Part shown: positions 17,564-26,918 of the stretch, piece by piece
Layout: each line of letters begins with the position of its first letter
Position numbering within the stretch: position 1 is the stretch's first letter
Virus record (IMG/VR): IMGVR_UViG_3300030330_004305
From: an uncultured virus (IMG/VR IMGVR_UViG_3300030330_004305)
Lineage: Duplodnaviria > Heunggongvirae > Uroviricota > Caudoviricetes
DNA length: 64,000 nucleotides
Strand: one strand, 5' to 3'
The notes under the pieces: model-generated
What the model was told of the DNA's origin: nothing
What the model saw: only the letters and a program-made list of their open reading frames with translations
Database searches by the model: none
Made by a program: the position numbers and the translations under genes

Positions 17564-18450
17564 AGATATTATACATAGCTAAACATGGCCAACAAAATAA
17601 TGATGATGAAGGTTCAATATATAAATCATTGACTTTATTGGGACATAAAGTTGATAGATTTCAGTTAAATTATTTCAAAACAGATAAGCCGATATTAGAT
17701 AATATCAGTAAGCATTATGATTTTGCTTTGTTTCATAAACTTCCAGATGCAGATTATGTAGAATATGTCTGTAATAAATGGAAGGGTATATGTTGGTATT
17801 TTGATGCTGTTGGTAAGGGATTTGATAGTAATGACGACTATGTTAATTTAGTTAAAGATTATTTTTACATCGGATTTTTTACGGATGGTGATTTTGTTAA
17901 TAGTCAGAACAAAAATAATGTAAAACTTTTGAGACAAGGTTTAGACTTAGTTGATGATAACAATGTATTTGTTCCTAATGTAGCATACAGATTAGGTGCT
18001 AAACCAATACCTTTTATTTTTATTGGAACTATTGGTCATGGTGGATATTTAGAGCGAGAACAATATCTTGAGAAACTTCAAAATGATTTTATAGGATGGA
18101 GACCACACAACAAGTATGATATTTTTAAAGAACACCTATCCTCTGTTTGCCGACAAACTAAAATTATGCTTGCAATGCCACCAGCTACTGATCACTACTG
18201 GTCTAATCGTGTTTACTTACTAGGAGGAAGAAGTGCTTTTGTTCTTCATCCATATTCTTCTGAATTACAAAAACAATTTGGGGATAGTATGGCTTTTTAT
18301 AAAGACTATGAAGAGCTAAAAGAAAAGATAGATTATTTTTTAGTAAACCATGAAGAAAGGCAAAGTATGTCACAAAAAGCACACAGTATCATAATCAATG
18401 AACATTCCTATTTAAATAGATGTTCTGATTTAATTAAGGAGATACAATGA
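17560..18450 (+). CDS. CgeB-like glycosyltransferase
   Basis: YWSNRVYLLGGRSAFVLHP; ELKEKIDYFL...HSYLNR. Confidence 0.8.
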   Translation: MKILYIAKHGQQNNDDEGSIYKSLTLLGHKVDRFQLNYFKTDKPILDNISKHYDFALFHKLPDADYVEYVCNKWKGICWYFDAVGKGFDSNDDYVNLVKDYFYIGFFTDGDFVNSQNKNNVKLLRQGLDLVDDNNVFVPNVAYRLGAKPIPFIFIGTIGHGGYLEREQYLEKLQNDFIGWRPHNKYDIFKEHLSSVCRQTKIMLAMPPATDHYWSNRVYLLGGRSAFVLHPYSSELQKQFGDSMAFYKDYEELKEKIDYFLVNHEERQSMSQKAHSIIINEHSYLNRCSDLIKEIQ

Positions 18451-19337
18451 AAATACTATATATTGCAAAACATGGCCAGTCAAATAACGACGATGAAGGT
18501 TCAATATACAAAGGTCTTACTCTTCATGATTGTAGTGTTGATAAATTTGATTTAGTATCATTTGAAGACGATAAAAAACATCTTGATAAAATAGATGAAG
18601 CATATGATTATGTTTTATTTCATAAACTTCCATGTGAAGATTACGTAGAATATGTCTGCAATAAGTGGGATGGTATTTGCTGGTACTTTGATCCAATAAA
18701 TAAAGGTTTTCCATTAAACGATAAATATGTATCCATGATAAAGGATAATATTAAAATTGGTTTTTTTACAGATGGCGATTTTGTAAAAAAAGAAAACAAA
18801 GAAAACCTAAGAATACTAAGGCAAGGTCTCGATGATTGTGTGCCAACATGGTCAGATTCAAACAGAGTAAAAGATTTTTCTTTTATTGGAACAACATGCC
18901 CTAAGAAAAATTGTAGTTGTGGATATAGCACAAGATCAAATTACATAACAAGGCTGCAATCTGATTTTAAAAACTGGAAACCAGACATTACAAATATATA
19001 CTGGAAAGAATCTCTTACCAAGGTTTGCCATTTAAATAAAATCATGCTTGCGATGCCGCCAGCCACTGATCTTTACTGGTCAAATAGACTTTATGTTTTG
19101 GCGGGCAGGGGTGCTTTTGTATTACACCCAGAGTCTTACGAGTTAAAAAAACAGTTTGGTGAAAATTTAGCAATGTATAAAAATTATGAAGAACTAAAAG
19201 ATAAAATAAATTATTACATCAATAACCATGAAAAAAGAAATAATATGGCTAAAAAATGTCAAAGTATAATTGTAAATGAACATTCTTATTTCCATAGATG
19301 CAAAGAATTGTCGGAGATTTTAAATGAATACAGATAG
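18447..19337 (+). CDS. CgeB-like glycosyltransferase, tandem paralog of previous gene
   Basis: Same MKILYIAKHGQ.NNDDEGSIYK start and YWSNR motif; same length. Confidence 0.8.
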   Translation: MKILYIAKHGQSNNDDEGSIYKGLTLHDCSVDKFDLVSFEDDKKHLDKIDEAYDYVLFHKLPCEDYVEYVCNKWDGICWYFDPINKGFPLNDKYVSMIKDNIKIGFFTDGDFVKKENKENLRILRQGLDDCVPTWSDSNRVKDFSFIGTTCPKKNCSCGYSTRSNYITRLQSDFKNWKPDITNIYWKESLTKVCHLNKIMLAMPPATDLYWSNRLYVLAGRGAFVLHPESYELKKQFGENLAMYKNYEELKDKINYYINNHEKRNNMAKKCQSIIVNEHSYFHRCKELSEILNEYR

Positions 19338-19881
19338 AAATAAATTAGTAGATACATCTGAATTTTGGAAACAAAGAATAGATGATTCTAAAACAAGCGG
19401 AGATATAAGACACTCTGTTTTTAAAGCACCAGAACAAGAATGGCAAAAGGTTTGTAAAGATCATAAAGATATAATTAAAAAAACATTAAAGAAAAAATTT
19501 TTTAAAGGAAGAGTATATGACATACTAGATGCTGGGTGTGCATACGGAAGAGGTATTGATTTACTTCCAAAAGACTGGTCTGGCAGATACGTTGGAATAG
19601 ACCAATCTCAAGATTTTATAAATTTAGCAGAATCTAAATATCCAGATTATGAATTTTATTGTGAAAACCTAAAATATTTGCCGTTTGAAGACAATGAGTT
19701 TGATGTGGCAATATGTACCAGTGTTATGATTATGGTCGTTCAAAATTTAGGGTGGTTTGAATGGGAAAAAATACAAAACGAATTGCTTAGAGTTTCTAAA
19801 TGTATTCTATGCCTTGAATATGGAACAACAGATACAGCTACCGCATCATCTACATTTTATACAATAGGCGATCTATCATGA
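19324..19881 (+). CDS. class I SAM-dependent methyltransferase
   Basis: ILDAGCAYGRG, YVGIDQS, LPFEDNEFDVAI. Confidence 0.88.
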   Translation: MNTDRNKLVDTSEFWKQRIDDSKTSGDIRHSVFKAPEQEWQKVCKDHKDIIKKTLKKKFFKGRVYDILDAGCAYGRGIDLLPKDWSGRYVGIDQSQDFINLAESKYPDYEFYCENLKYLPFEDNEFDVAICTSVMIMVVQNLGWFEWEKIQNELLRVSKCILCLEYGTTDTATASSTFYTIGDLS

Positions 19882-20744
19882 AAATATTTGCATTTTGGAC
19901 AGGTGCTCCTTACATGAAAAGCATCTTAGAAGAGTTTGACAAACAAGGCCATGAAATAACAGATAGGCCATCAGAAGATTGTGATCTACATATATGTTTG
20001 CAGATGGGCGATCAAAATACACACAATGCACTTATTGACATCAAAAAAAGATTTCCAGACGTTCCATTTTTTACTTATGTATGGGACTGTTATGAATGGA
20101 TTACGAACCCTAGACATGATAGAGGTTATGATTGGTCTGGACTCGGCAGAGTTTGCAATATAAGTGAAAAAGTATTTGTTCCTTCTGAGGGGCAACGATA
20201 CAGATGTTTACAACATTGGGGAGTTGGTTTGGAAAAAACAAAATCAATACCCGCATACGCACCATTTTTTGAGCACCAAGCGTCAGACCTTGATTATGTT
20301 TGCGATCCACTTAGGGCGATCCCAGATAGACATGCTGGATGGGCAGAACGTGCTTGTTCAGAACTAAACATTCCGTATCAGCATGGAGGAAGAGGCAAAG
20401 ATAAAACCATAAAAGATTGGGATGAGTATAAACAATGGATTGCTAACTCTTCATTTGTAATATGTCCGTGGTATGAAGCTTCAACAGGAGGAATGTCTCT
20501 GGTCGAGGCGTATTACATAGGCAAAGAGGTTTTAATATGCAATTCTCCGTATATGGGTGCAAAAGATTACTTTGGAGATCGTGCAAACTATTTTGAGCCA
20601 ACATATGAATCAATGAAAGAATCACTGCAAAAAATGTGGGAAGAAAGACCATCAAGATATTCTTTAAAAGATAGAAGGAAATTTTGTGAAAGATTTAGCC
20701 TAGAAAATTTTTGCAAGAATATAATAAAGGAAATTGACAAGTGA
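19878..20744 (+). CDS. GT-B glycosyltransferase
   Basis: EASTGGMSLVEAYYIGKEVLI. Confidence 0.8.
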   Translation: MKIFAFWTGAPYMKSILEEFDKQGHEITDRPSEDCDLHICLQMGDQNTHNALIDIKKRFPDVPFFTYVWDCYEWITNPRHDRGYDWSGLGRVCNISEKVFVPSEGQRYRCLQHWGVGLEKTKSIPAYAPFFEHQASDLDYVCDPLRAIPDRHAGWAERACSELNIPYQHGGRGKDKTIKDWDEYKQWIANSSFVICPWYEASTGGMSLVEAYYIGKEVLICNSPYMGAKDYFGDRANYFEPTYESMKESLQKMWEERPSRYSLKDRRKFCERFSLENFCKNIIKEIDK

Positions 20745-21334
20745 AAAAGGTATGCATTGCATCATCCAGAGAGATAGGATCTAGATGTACAGAATGGGCT
20801 AAGTCAAACATGCCTGATGGGTTTGAGTTAGGATCTATAGAAGATTGTGAAATATTCATATCAACTCTTTACGATACTCTGATAGATAAAAAGTTCATTG
20901 AATCTAAAGAAAGATGTGTAAACTTTCATCCGGGTATTCTTCCAGACTATAGAGGGGCAGGAGCATATAGCTGGTCATTAATAAATAAAGAAAAACATAC
21001 AGGCGTAAGTCTTCATGTCATAGATCACAACATTGATAGTGGTCCTATAATTCAAATAAGAAAAACATTGATATATCCAAGCGATACATCTCAATCTTTG
21101 TATGAAAGATGTATGGATTTATTGTTTGATATGTTCAAGAAAAACTTTAATAAGATACTAAAAGGTACATATAAAACAAAGCCTAACAATGGTGGTAACA
21201 TCTATTTTAGAAAAGACCTTGAGGATGCAAAAGATATATCGCATATAATAAAAGCATTTACTTTTGACAATAAAGAATCTGCCTACTACTACAATAAAAG
21301 TGGCAAAAAAATATATATAGAATACGGAGAATAA
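20741..21334 (+). CDS. sugar N-formyltransferase
   Basis: NFHPGILPDYRG, GVSLHVIDHNIDSGPII. Confidence 0.88.
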   Translation: MKKVCIASSREIGSRCTEWAKSNMPDGFELGSIEDCEIFISTLYDTLIDKKFIESKERCVNFHPGILPDYRGAGAYSWSLINKEKHTGVSLHVIDHNIDSGPIIQIRKTLIYPSDTSQSLYERCMDLLFDMFKKNFNKILKGTYKTKPNNGGNIYFRKDLEDAKDISHIIKAFTFDNKESAYYYNKSGKKIYIEYGE

Positions 21335-21335
21335 C

Positions 21336-22466
21336 ATGGACCCCACACTAAATAAATCAGCAGAAAAATTGATTTGGGTTGCCGAGCCACAAATCGGAAA
21401 AGAAGAAGAAGCGGCATTAACAAGATGTATAACAAATGACTGGATTTCTCAAGGTCCAAGAGTAGCTGAATTTGAAGATGCAGTAGCTAAAACTTGTGGC
21501 AAAAAATACGGATCTGCTTGTAATTCAGGAACTACAGCATTGCATCTGGCACTTCATGTTGCTGATGTGAAAGAGGGTGACGATGTTGTTATACCTAATC
21601 TGACTATGGTTGCTTTGGGAAACTCTGTTCTGCTCGCTGGTGCTAATCCAGTTTACTGTGACTCAGATCCTGAATCTGATGTTGGAAATATTTCTTTAAA
21701 TAAAATTAAAGAAGTGATCACTCCTAAAACTAAAGCAGTAATTGTTGTTCATACTTATGGAGAACCCGTTACTGATATACAAGATATTGTAGATTACTGT
21801 GATTCGTTCAACATCAAAGTAATCGAAGATTGTGCTGAGTCACACTTTGCTACATTAGATGGTAAACCCGTAGGATCTTTCGCTGAACTTGCCATATTTA
21901 GTTTTTATTCTAACAAGAATATTACAACTGGCGAAGGCGGTATGATTGTAACAGATTGCAAAGAAGTCAAAGATAGACTTGACAGAGTAAGAATGCACGC
22001 ATTTACTCCCGGAAAACATTTTTGCCATACCGAAAGAGCGTTTGGCTATAGAATGACAGACATGCAGGCCAGCATCGGTCTTGAACAACTTAAAAAGGCA
22101 GATGCATTTATGGAGAAAAGAAGAAAAATTAGGACATTTTATGAATGGATGCTTAAAAATTCTCACATGAATATTGCAAGAAGAAGTGTCCCAACAGAAA
22201 ATTCTGGAGTTTGGGTTATGCCTATACTTACAGACTCTGAACAAAAAAGAGACGATATTAGACAGCACATAGCAAATTATGGAATTGATTCAAGAACATA
22301 TTTTCAGCCCATGAGTGAGCAATCTTTTTTGAGGTCTTATGCCACCTCTGACTATCCTATATCTGCTAGTCTTGCTAGATGCGGTTTCTACGTTCCTCTG
22401 TATCCTAAACTATCAGAATCTGACGTAGAATATATTGTGGACAAACTGAACTCGTATGGAGATTAA
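21336..22466 (+). CDS. DegT/DnrJ/EryC1/StrS aminotransferase (perosamine synthase-like)
   Basis: NSGTTALHLAL, IEDCAES, FSFYSNKNITTGEGGM, GYRMTDMQASIG. Confidence 0.93.
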   Translation: MDPTLNKSAEKLIWVAEPQIGKEEEAALTRCITNDWISQGPRVAEFEDAVAKTCGKKYGSACNSGTTALHLALHVADVKEGDDVVIPNLTMVALGNSVLLAGANPVYCDSDPESDVGNISLNKIKEVITPKTKAVIVVHTYGEPVTDIQDIVDYCDSFNIKVIEDCAESHFATLDGKPVGSFAELAIFSFYSNKNITTGEGGMIVTDCKEVKDRLDRVRMHAFTPGKHFCHTERAFGYRMTDMQASIGLEQLKKADAFMEKRRKIRTFYEWMLKNSHMNIARRSVPTENSGVWVMPILTDSEQKRDDIRQHIANYGIDSRTYFQPMSEQSFLRSYATSDYPISASLARCGFYVPLYPKLSESDVEYIVDKLNSYGD

Positions 22467-22467
22467 A

Positions 22468-23145
22468 ATGAAATATGTATTCTGTATAGATAATGAATAT
22501 GAAGATTTAAAAAAAATACAAATCGGAGAGATTGAAAAATTTACTGAAAATGAAAATGTATTAATCATTGCATTAGATAAAACTAAACAAAAAGAAACAA
22601 TTCTAAATTATTTATCTGAACTTGATGATGAATATATAGTGTTCGTTCCTAACAATAATTTGTTAGTAGAAAAAATAGATGATAGTAAAGTAAATTACTT
22701 AAAACAAGATTGTATTAAAAATCAATTGTCATATTGCAGATTAACTGAAATGGGAAATATTAATTCCGTTGCTGATAAAAACTCTGAGATACATCCAGAT
22801 AAAAGTTCTATATTCTTTAAATGCCCCTACATATTTAAAACAGATAAGTTAAAACAAATTATATCAACATCTTTAGATGGGGAAATGTTTTGGATTAGTA
22901 TGGATCTTTCAGAAGCCGCTGGATCATTTGTATATAAAAACAAACTAGATGAAGATACACCGCAATCTTTGTACTCTTGTGTGCCCACATTGATTAATGT
23001 TATAGATCAAAATAAAAAATGGGCAGTAAATTTTATAGATTTCAACAAAAAAGTATTGCGTGACAAGATTGCAGAGTATAATATTGATATAGAGCAAAGA
23101 AATGGTAAACCGCTTTCAGGAGAGTTTGCAAATGATATGGGTTAA
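22468..23145 (+). CDS. hypothetical protein, possibly degenerate GT-A-like
   Basis: GGAG RBS; located in the sugar cluster. Confidence 0.45.
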   Translation: MKYVFCIDNEYEDLKKIQIGEIEKFTENENVLIIALDKTKQKETILNYLSELDDEYIVFVPNNNLLVEKIDDSKVNYLKQDCIKNQLSYCRLTEMGNINSVADKNSEIHPDKSSIFFKCPYIFKTDKLKQIISTSLDGEMFWISMDLSEAAGSFVYKNKLDEDTPQSLYSCVPTLINVIDQNKKWAVNFIDFNKKVLRDKIAEYNIDIEQRNGKPLSGEFANDMG

Positions 23146-23470
23146 TTTTGCAAAAAAATATTTGTCAGCTTTTGCTGCAAAGGATCTAAACCAATTAAAA
23201 GAAACGTATTCAGATTCTATAATTTTTTCAAATTCTAATGGTGTTATATCGGGTAAAAATCAATTACTATTGTATAATGAGAGCATATTTAAAGAATACG
23301 ACATGATCAGTATCAGTATTCAAGAGGTTGCCTATAAGAACAAAGTTATTTTTATAAACTATGTAATCACAAAAACAAAAGAAGGCATTTCAACATCTAG
23401 AGATGTAGTGGATATAATCCAGATAGATAATACTAGAATCAAATCAATTAAAACTTTTTATAACAAGTGA
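23132..23470 (+). CDS. SnoaL/NTF2-like protein
   Basis: YLSAFAAKDLNQL..YSDSI, VVDIIQI...IKSIKTF. Confidence 0.7.
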   Translation: MIWVNFAKKYLSAFAAKDLNQLKETYSDSIIFSNSNGVISGKNQLLLYNESIFKEYDMISISIQEVAYKNKVIFINYVITKTKEGISTSRDVVDIIQIDNTRIKSIKTFYNK

Positions 23471-23481
23471 GGAATAATAAA

Positions 23482-23736
23482 ATGGCAGTAACGCTAAATC
23501 AAATGGCAGAAGCATACGTAGCACAAGTAGAAGAACAATTGGAAGCAGCTAAAGCACAGGCGGTTCAGGCTACACAATATGCACAGCAACTAGAGCAACA
23601 CCTTGCTGAGTGCAAAAGTTCTGTACAGGAACAAACCCAAGTAACACCTTTTGCACCAGAACCAGTAGCAAATACTGAGACGACACAAGTTGCTTTGCCG
23701 AATCCATTTGAATCAACGACAAAATCAGAAGATTAA
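23482..23736 (+). CDS. small coiled-coil protein
   Basis: GAGG RBS; A/Q-rich heptads. Confidence 0.65.
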   Translation: MAVTLNQMAEAYVAQVEEQLEAAKAQAVQATQYAQQLEQHLAECKSSVQEQTQVTPFAPEPVANTETTQVALPNPFESTTKSED

Positions 23737-23818
23737 TTTTTATATGTGGAAACCACAGTATAATTGTATTGTATAACAAGAGTGAACAACTTTAACTTTT
23801 TTATAGAAAGGATTTTCA

Positions 23819-24049
23819 ATGAAGACTATTGAATCTGTTAATTGGGGACTTTTGCTTGAATCAGATCGTCAGGTTAGCAAAATGATCTCCAATTGGAGCA
23901 CTGGATCTCTTACGACAAGAGAGGTAATTGGTAGACTAGCACACACTCAGTTTGCTGGTGAATTTAGAAGGTTGATTCGTAACAATGGAACAACCTATGC
24001 AAGACGCTTGGCACGTAAAGCTTTGCGTTATCGCGGAACTAGTATTTAA
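23819..24049 (+). CDS. small basic protein, possibly nucleic-acid binding
   Basis: GAAAGGA RBS; Arg-rich C-terminus; AGTATAATT motif upstream. Confidence 0.65.
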   Translation: MKTIESVNWGLLLESDRQVSKMISNWSTGSLTTREVIGRLAHTQFAGEFRRLIRNNGTTYARRLARKALRYRGTSI

Positions 24050-24072
24050 CTTAATTTGTGGAGAATATGTAA

Positions 24073-24471
24073 ATGAGTGATCTTAATAAGTGGGTCGGTT
24101 CAGGTAGAGTTACTAGAGACACTGAACTCAGGTATACGCCCAATGGTACAGCAGTAGCAGATGTAGGGCTATGCTCAAATCGTCAATGGTCTAAGGATGG
24201 AGAGCGTCAAGAAGAGCCTACATTTCTAGACATTACACTCTGGGGTAAGCAAGCGGAAGCTTTGTCTGAATACCTTACAAAAGGAACTTTTGTTATGGTT
24301 GAAGGAAGATTGAGTCTTGATACTTGGAAAACAGAAGAAGGTGTCAATAGATCTAAGTTGCGTGTAGTCGCAGAAAAGGTCAACCTTGGTCCAAGGTCTA
24401 GTGGTTCTTCTGGCTCCACAAAAAGTAAAAGCAATCAGACAGAAGAAATTCAGGAAGAAGTCCCATTCTAA
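24073..24471 (+). CDS. ssb: single-stranded DNA-binding protein
   Basis: LNKWVGSGRVTRDTELRYTPNG, WGKQAE, VEGRL, acidic EEVPF tail. Confidence 0.95.
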   Translation: MSDLNKWVGSGRVTRDTELRYTPNGTAVADVGLCSNRQWSKDGERQEEPTFLDITLWGKQAEALSEYLTKGTFVMVEGRLSLDTWKTEEGVNRSKLRVVAEKVNLGPRSSGSSGSTKSKSNQTEEIQEEVPF

Positions 24472-24473
24472 TA

Positions 24474-24580
24474 GGACCGACTGGTGTCTCTCTATGATAA
24501 AGTTAGATTTTAATTCCTTTCATTACTATCTTTCATGCACTAACTCATAGAGGCTTTGGGTTCAATTCCCAATAGGTCCA
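24474..24580 (+). ncRNA. tRNA-scaffold RNA lacking a D stem, with a long anticodon-arm replacement
   Basis: GGACCGA/TAGGTCC-A acceptor, perfect T arm TTGGG-TTCAATT-CCCAA, 13-bp helix CTCTATG(ATAA)AGTTAG/CTAACTCATAGAG closing a 33-nt loop; terminator follows. Confidence 0.75.
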
Positions 24581-24587
24581 CAAAATA

Positions 24588-24629
24588 AAGGAGTCGATAA
24601 TTGTATTTTTACATTATCGGCTCTTTTTT
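24588..24629 (+). terminator. intrinsic terminator
   Basis: GGAGTCGATAAT-TGTA-TTTT-TACA-TTATCGGCTCT then T run. Confidence 0.8.
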
Positions 24630-24693
24630 ATTAACTTAAAAGGTGTATATAACATATAGAATACCGTTTTTAATTAGATGAAAGGGTAACTTT

Positions 24694-24987
24694 ATGTTCA
24701 AATATTCCACAATTTACCGATTAACAAATAAAGACAAGTATAGATCAGCCAACCCCTTCTACTACCACATAAGAACAGAAGAAAACGACAGTGATTATCT
24801 ATTCACTGAAGCAGATATGAAAGACGCAAGATTGCGTGCTTTGAACAATAAAGAAGATTTACCAAATAAACAGTTTGTTGCTGTTAAAGAGCATGATAAT
24901 TCTTTTTTATATGGTTTATTTTTAGGATTTTTAACAGCAGCATTTATTTACTGGTTAGGAAAAATATGCGTGGAGACTCTAATTTAA
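24694..24987 (+). CDS. hypothetical protein with C-terminal TM helix
   Basis: GAAAGGG RBS; hydrophobic C-terminus. Confidence 0.6.
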   Translation: MFKYSTIYRLTNKDKYRSANPFYYHIRTEENDSDYLFTEADMKDARLRALNNKEDLPNKQFVAVKEHDNSFLYGLFLGFLTAAFIYWLGKICVETLI

Positions 24988-25134
24988 GCGATAGTGATTT
25001 TTTTAAATCTCAAAACATGTATAGGCAAAAGGCTAAAAAAATATACAATTTTGATAAAAAATTTAAGCTCAAGAAACCAGAATCAAAAAAGAACTTTTTT
25101 ACAAAGTTTATAAATTTTATAAGGGGAAAATAAA

Positions 25135-26892
25135 ATGCCTTTGAAAAAATGTAGTGAAAACGGATGGAAGTGGGGAGATGAAGGAAAATGCTATACAGGA
25201 AGAGATGCTAAAAAGCAAGCAATCAAGCAAGGAATAGCAATAGAGGGGCCAAAAAAGTTTTCTCAAATGGCATATGACCAAGGGTTTGAGCTTTCTGAAG
25301 CTGAGATAGAATATGTGCTAGAATGTGGATATCAACAAGGCATGAGCTTTTCAGACGGAATGGCCTGTGGTGCAATGCTTGCATTGACTGATGGTTTTAC
25401 AGAAGAAATTAATGAATCAAATTTTTATATTCCTAAAGACTCAGAGTATTTAGAGTCTGATTGTAATTGCGATGATGACGAAGAATGGGATTGGGCTAAC
25501 AACCGTCCGGGTCTTTGGGAAAACATTAGAAGAAAAAAGCTACGCGAAGGTAAAAACTACAAGCCTGCAAAAACTGTCAAAGAAGGCAGACCTACTCAAG
25601 AACAATTAAAAAGAGCACAGTCTAAAGAGCTTCAAAGAGATGTTTATGATAATCCCGGAGAAGCAATGAAGCGTGCTAAAGAGCTTGGGCTTGATGGTAT
25701 CCATGATCACCCTAGCAAAAAAGATCCTGAAAAGAAAGTATATATGCCCGGAAAAACTCATGATGCGTATGAAAAAAAGCTAAGAGAAGAAATGAGTAAG
25801 GCTGAAGTGGAATGTTATGCAGACCATGCAGAGGCTCTTCAAAGGGGTAAACCGGGACCAAATGATCCACGCAAAACACCAGCACCTAAAAAAGATCAGA
25901 AAAAAGGCTCTAAGAAAAATAAACCAGATAGTGCTAAAGATGACAAGGGTAAAATAACTTTTAGTCAAAAGACAATTGACAGATTAAAAAGTAAGATGGC
26001 AGAACACAACAAAAAAGGCAAGGGAAGCAAAGCATCCTTGGGTGCTTTAAAAGCCGTTTATAGAAGGGGTGCAGGTGCTTACAGCACAAGCCATGCACCT
26101 AAAATGAGCAGAGATGGATGGGCTATGGCAAGGGTGAATGCATTTTTATATTTGCTTAGAAATGGAAGACCAAGCAATCCTAATTACAAACAAGACAACG
26201 ATCTTTTACCATCTTCTCATCCCAGATCATCAAAAGCAGCGATGACGGAAAAGCAAAAAGAAGCTCTTGATAAAAATAAAGACGGTAAAATTACCAAAGA
26301 AGATTTTGAACTTTTACGTAAAACAAAAGGATCTTATGCTTATAAAGATCCATTTACTGGTGAGACATATTATTTTGAAAGACGAGGTGTTTACACCAAG
26401 AATGGAAGAAGACTGGTCAGAGCAGAGGAACACTCAGAGGGTTATGGCTTGCCAAAAAAGATTGTAGAAAAAGAGCTTAAAAAACAACATGCAGATTGGC
26501 ATAAACCCGGAGCATCACCACCTAGCAAATTCAAAGCTAAAAAGAAAAAAGATGAGAAAGAGCACACTTCTTTTGTTAGAAAGAATCAGGTTACTGCTCC
26601 ACCTACAATGACATGGCAAGACGCTGCCGTGAAAGATGGTAAAAAAGTTAAACTAAATAAACCATTCAGAACTCCAGATGGTCCCAAGAAATTTTCTGTC
26701 TACGTTAAAAATGAAAAAGGTAATGTAGTAAAAGTAAACTTTGGCGACCCTAACATGGAAATAAAAAGAGACGACCCAAAAAGAAGAAAAAGTTTTAGAG
26801 CAAGACATAATTGTTCTAATCCCGGACCAAAATGGAAAGCAAGATATTGGAGTTGCTGGCAATGGCGTGCATCTTCACCGGTAAAAGGTTAA
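25135..26892 (+). CDS. modular Lys-rich protein (probable internal head polyprotein)
   Basis: Series of short phage modules including LKAVYRRGAGAY...WAMARVNAF, EF-hand-like DKNKDGKITKEDF, and C-terminal KVNFGDPNM...SFRARHNC...ARYWSC. Confidence 0.65.
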   Translation: MPLKKCSENGWKWGDEGKCYTGRDAKKQAIKQGIAIEGPKKFSQMAYDQGFELSEAEIEYVLECGYQQGMSFSDGMACGAMLALTDGFTEEINESNFYIPKDSEYLESDCNCDDDEEWDWANNRPGLWENIRRKKLREGKNYKPAKTVKEGRPTQEQLKRAQSKELQRDVYDNPGEAMKRAKELGLDGIHDHPSKKDPEKKVYMPGKTHDAYEKKLREEMSKAEVECYADHAEALQRGKPGPNDPRKTPAPKKDQKKGSKKNKPDSAKDDKGKITFSQKTIDRLKSKMAEHNKKGKGSKASLGALKAVYRRGAGAYSTSHAPKMSRDGWAMARVNAFLYLLRNGRPSNPNYKQDNDLLPSSHPRSSKAAMTEKQKEALDKNKDGKITKEDFELLRKTKGSYAYKDPFTGETYYFERRGVYTKNGRRLVRAEEHSEGYGLPKKIVEKELKKQHADWHKPGASPPSKFKAKKKKDEKEHTSFVRKNQVTAPPTMTWQDAAVKDGKKVKLNKPFRTPDGPKKFSVYVKNEKGNVVKVNFGDPNMEIKRDDPKRRKSFRARHNCSNPGPKWKARYWSCWQWRASSPVKG

Positions 26893-26918
26893 ATTAAAAA
26901 CTTATATAAGGAAAAAAA

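Noticed and set aside
24507..24580. tmRNA-like tag after TTTTAATT in the 24474 RNA (same 8-mer precedes the real resume codon)
   Set aside because: The frame after TTTTAATT starts with CCT and runs through the T arm before a stop; there is no pk1 or G3-U70, and an AT-rich 8-mer can match by chance.
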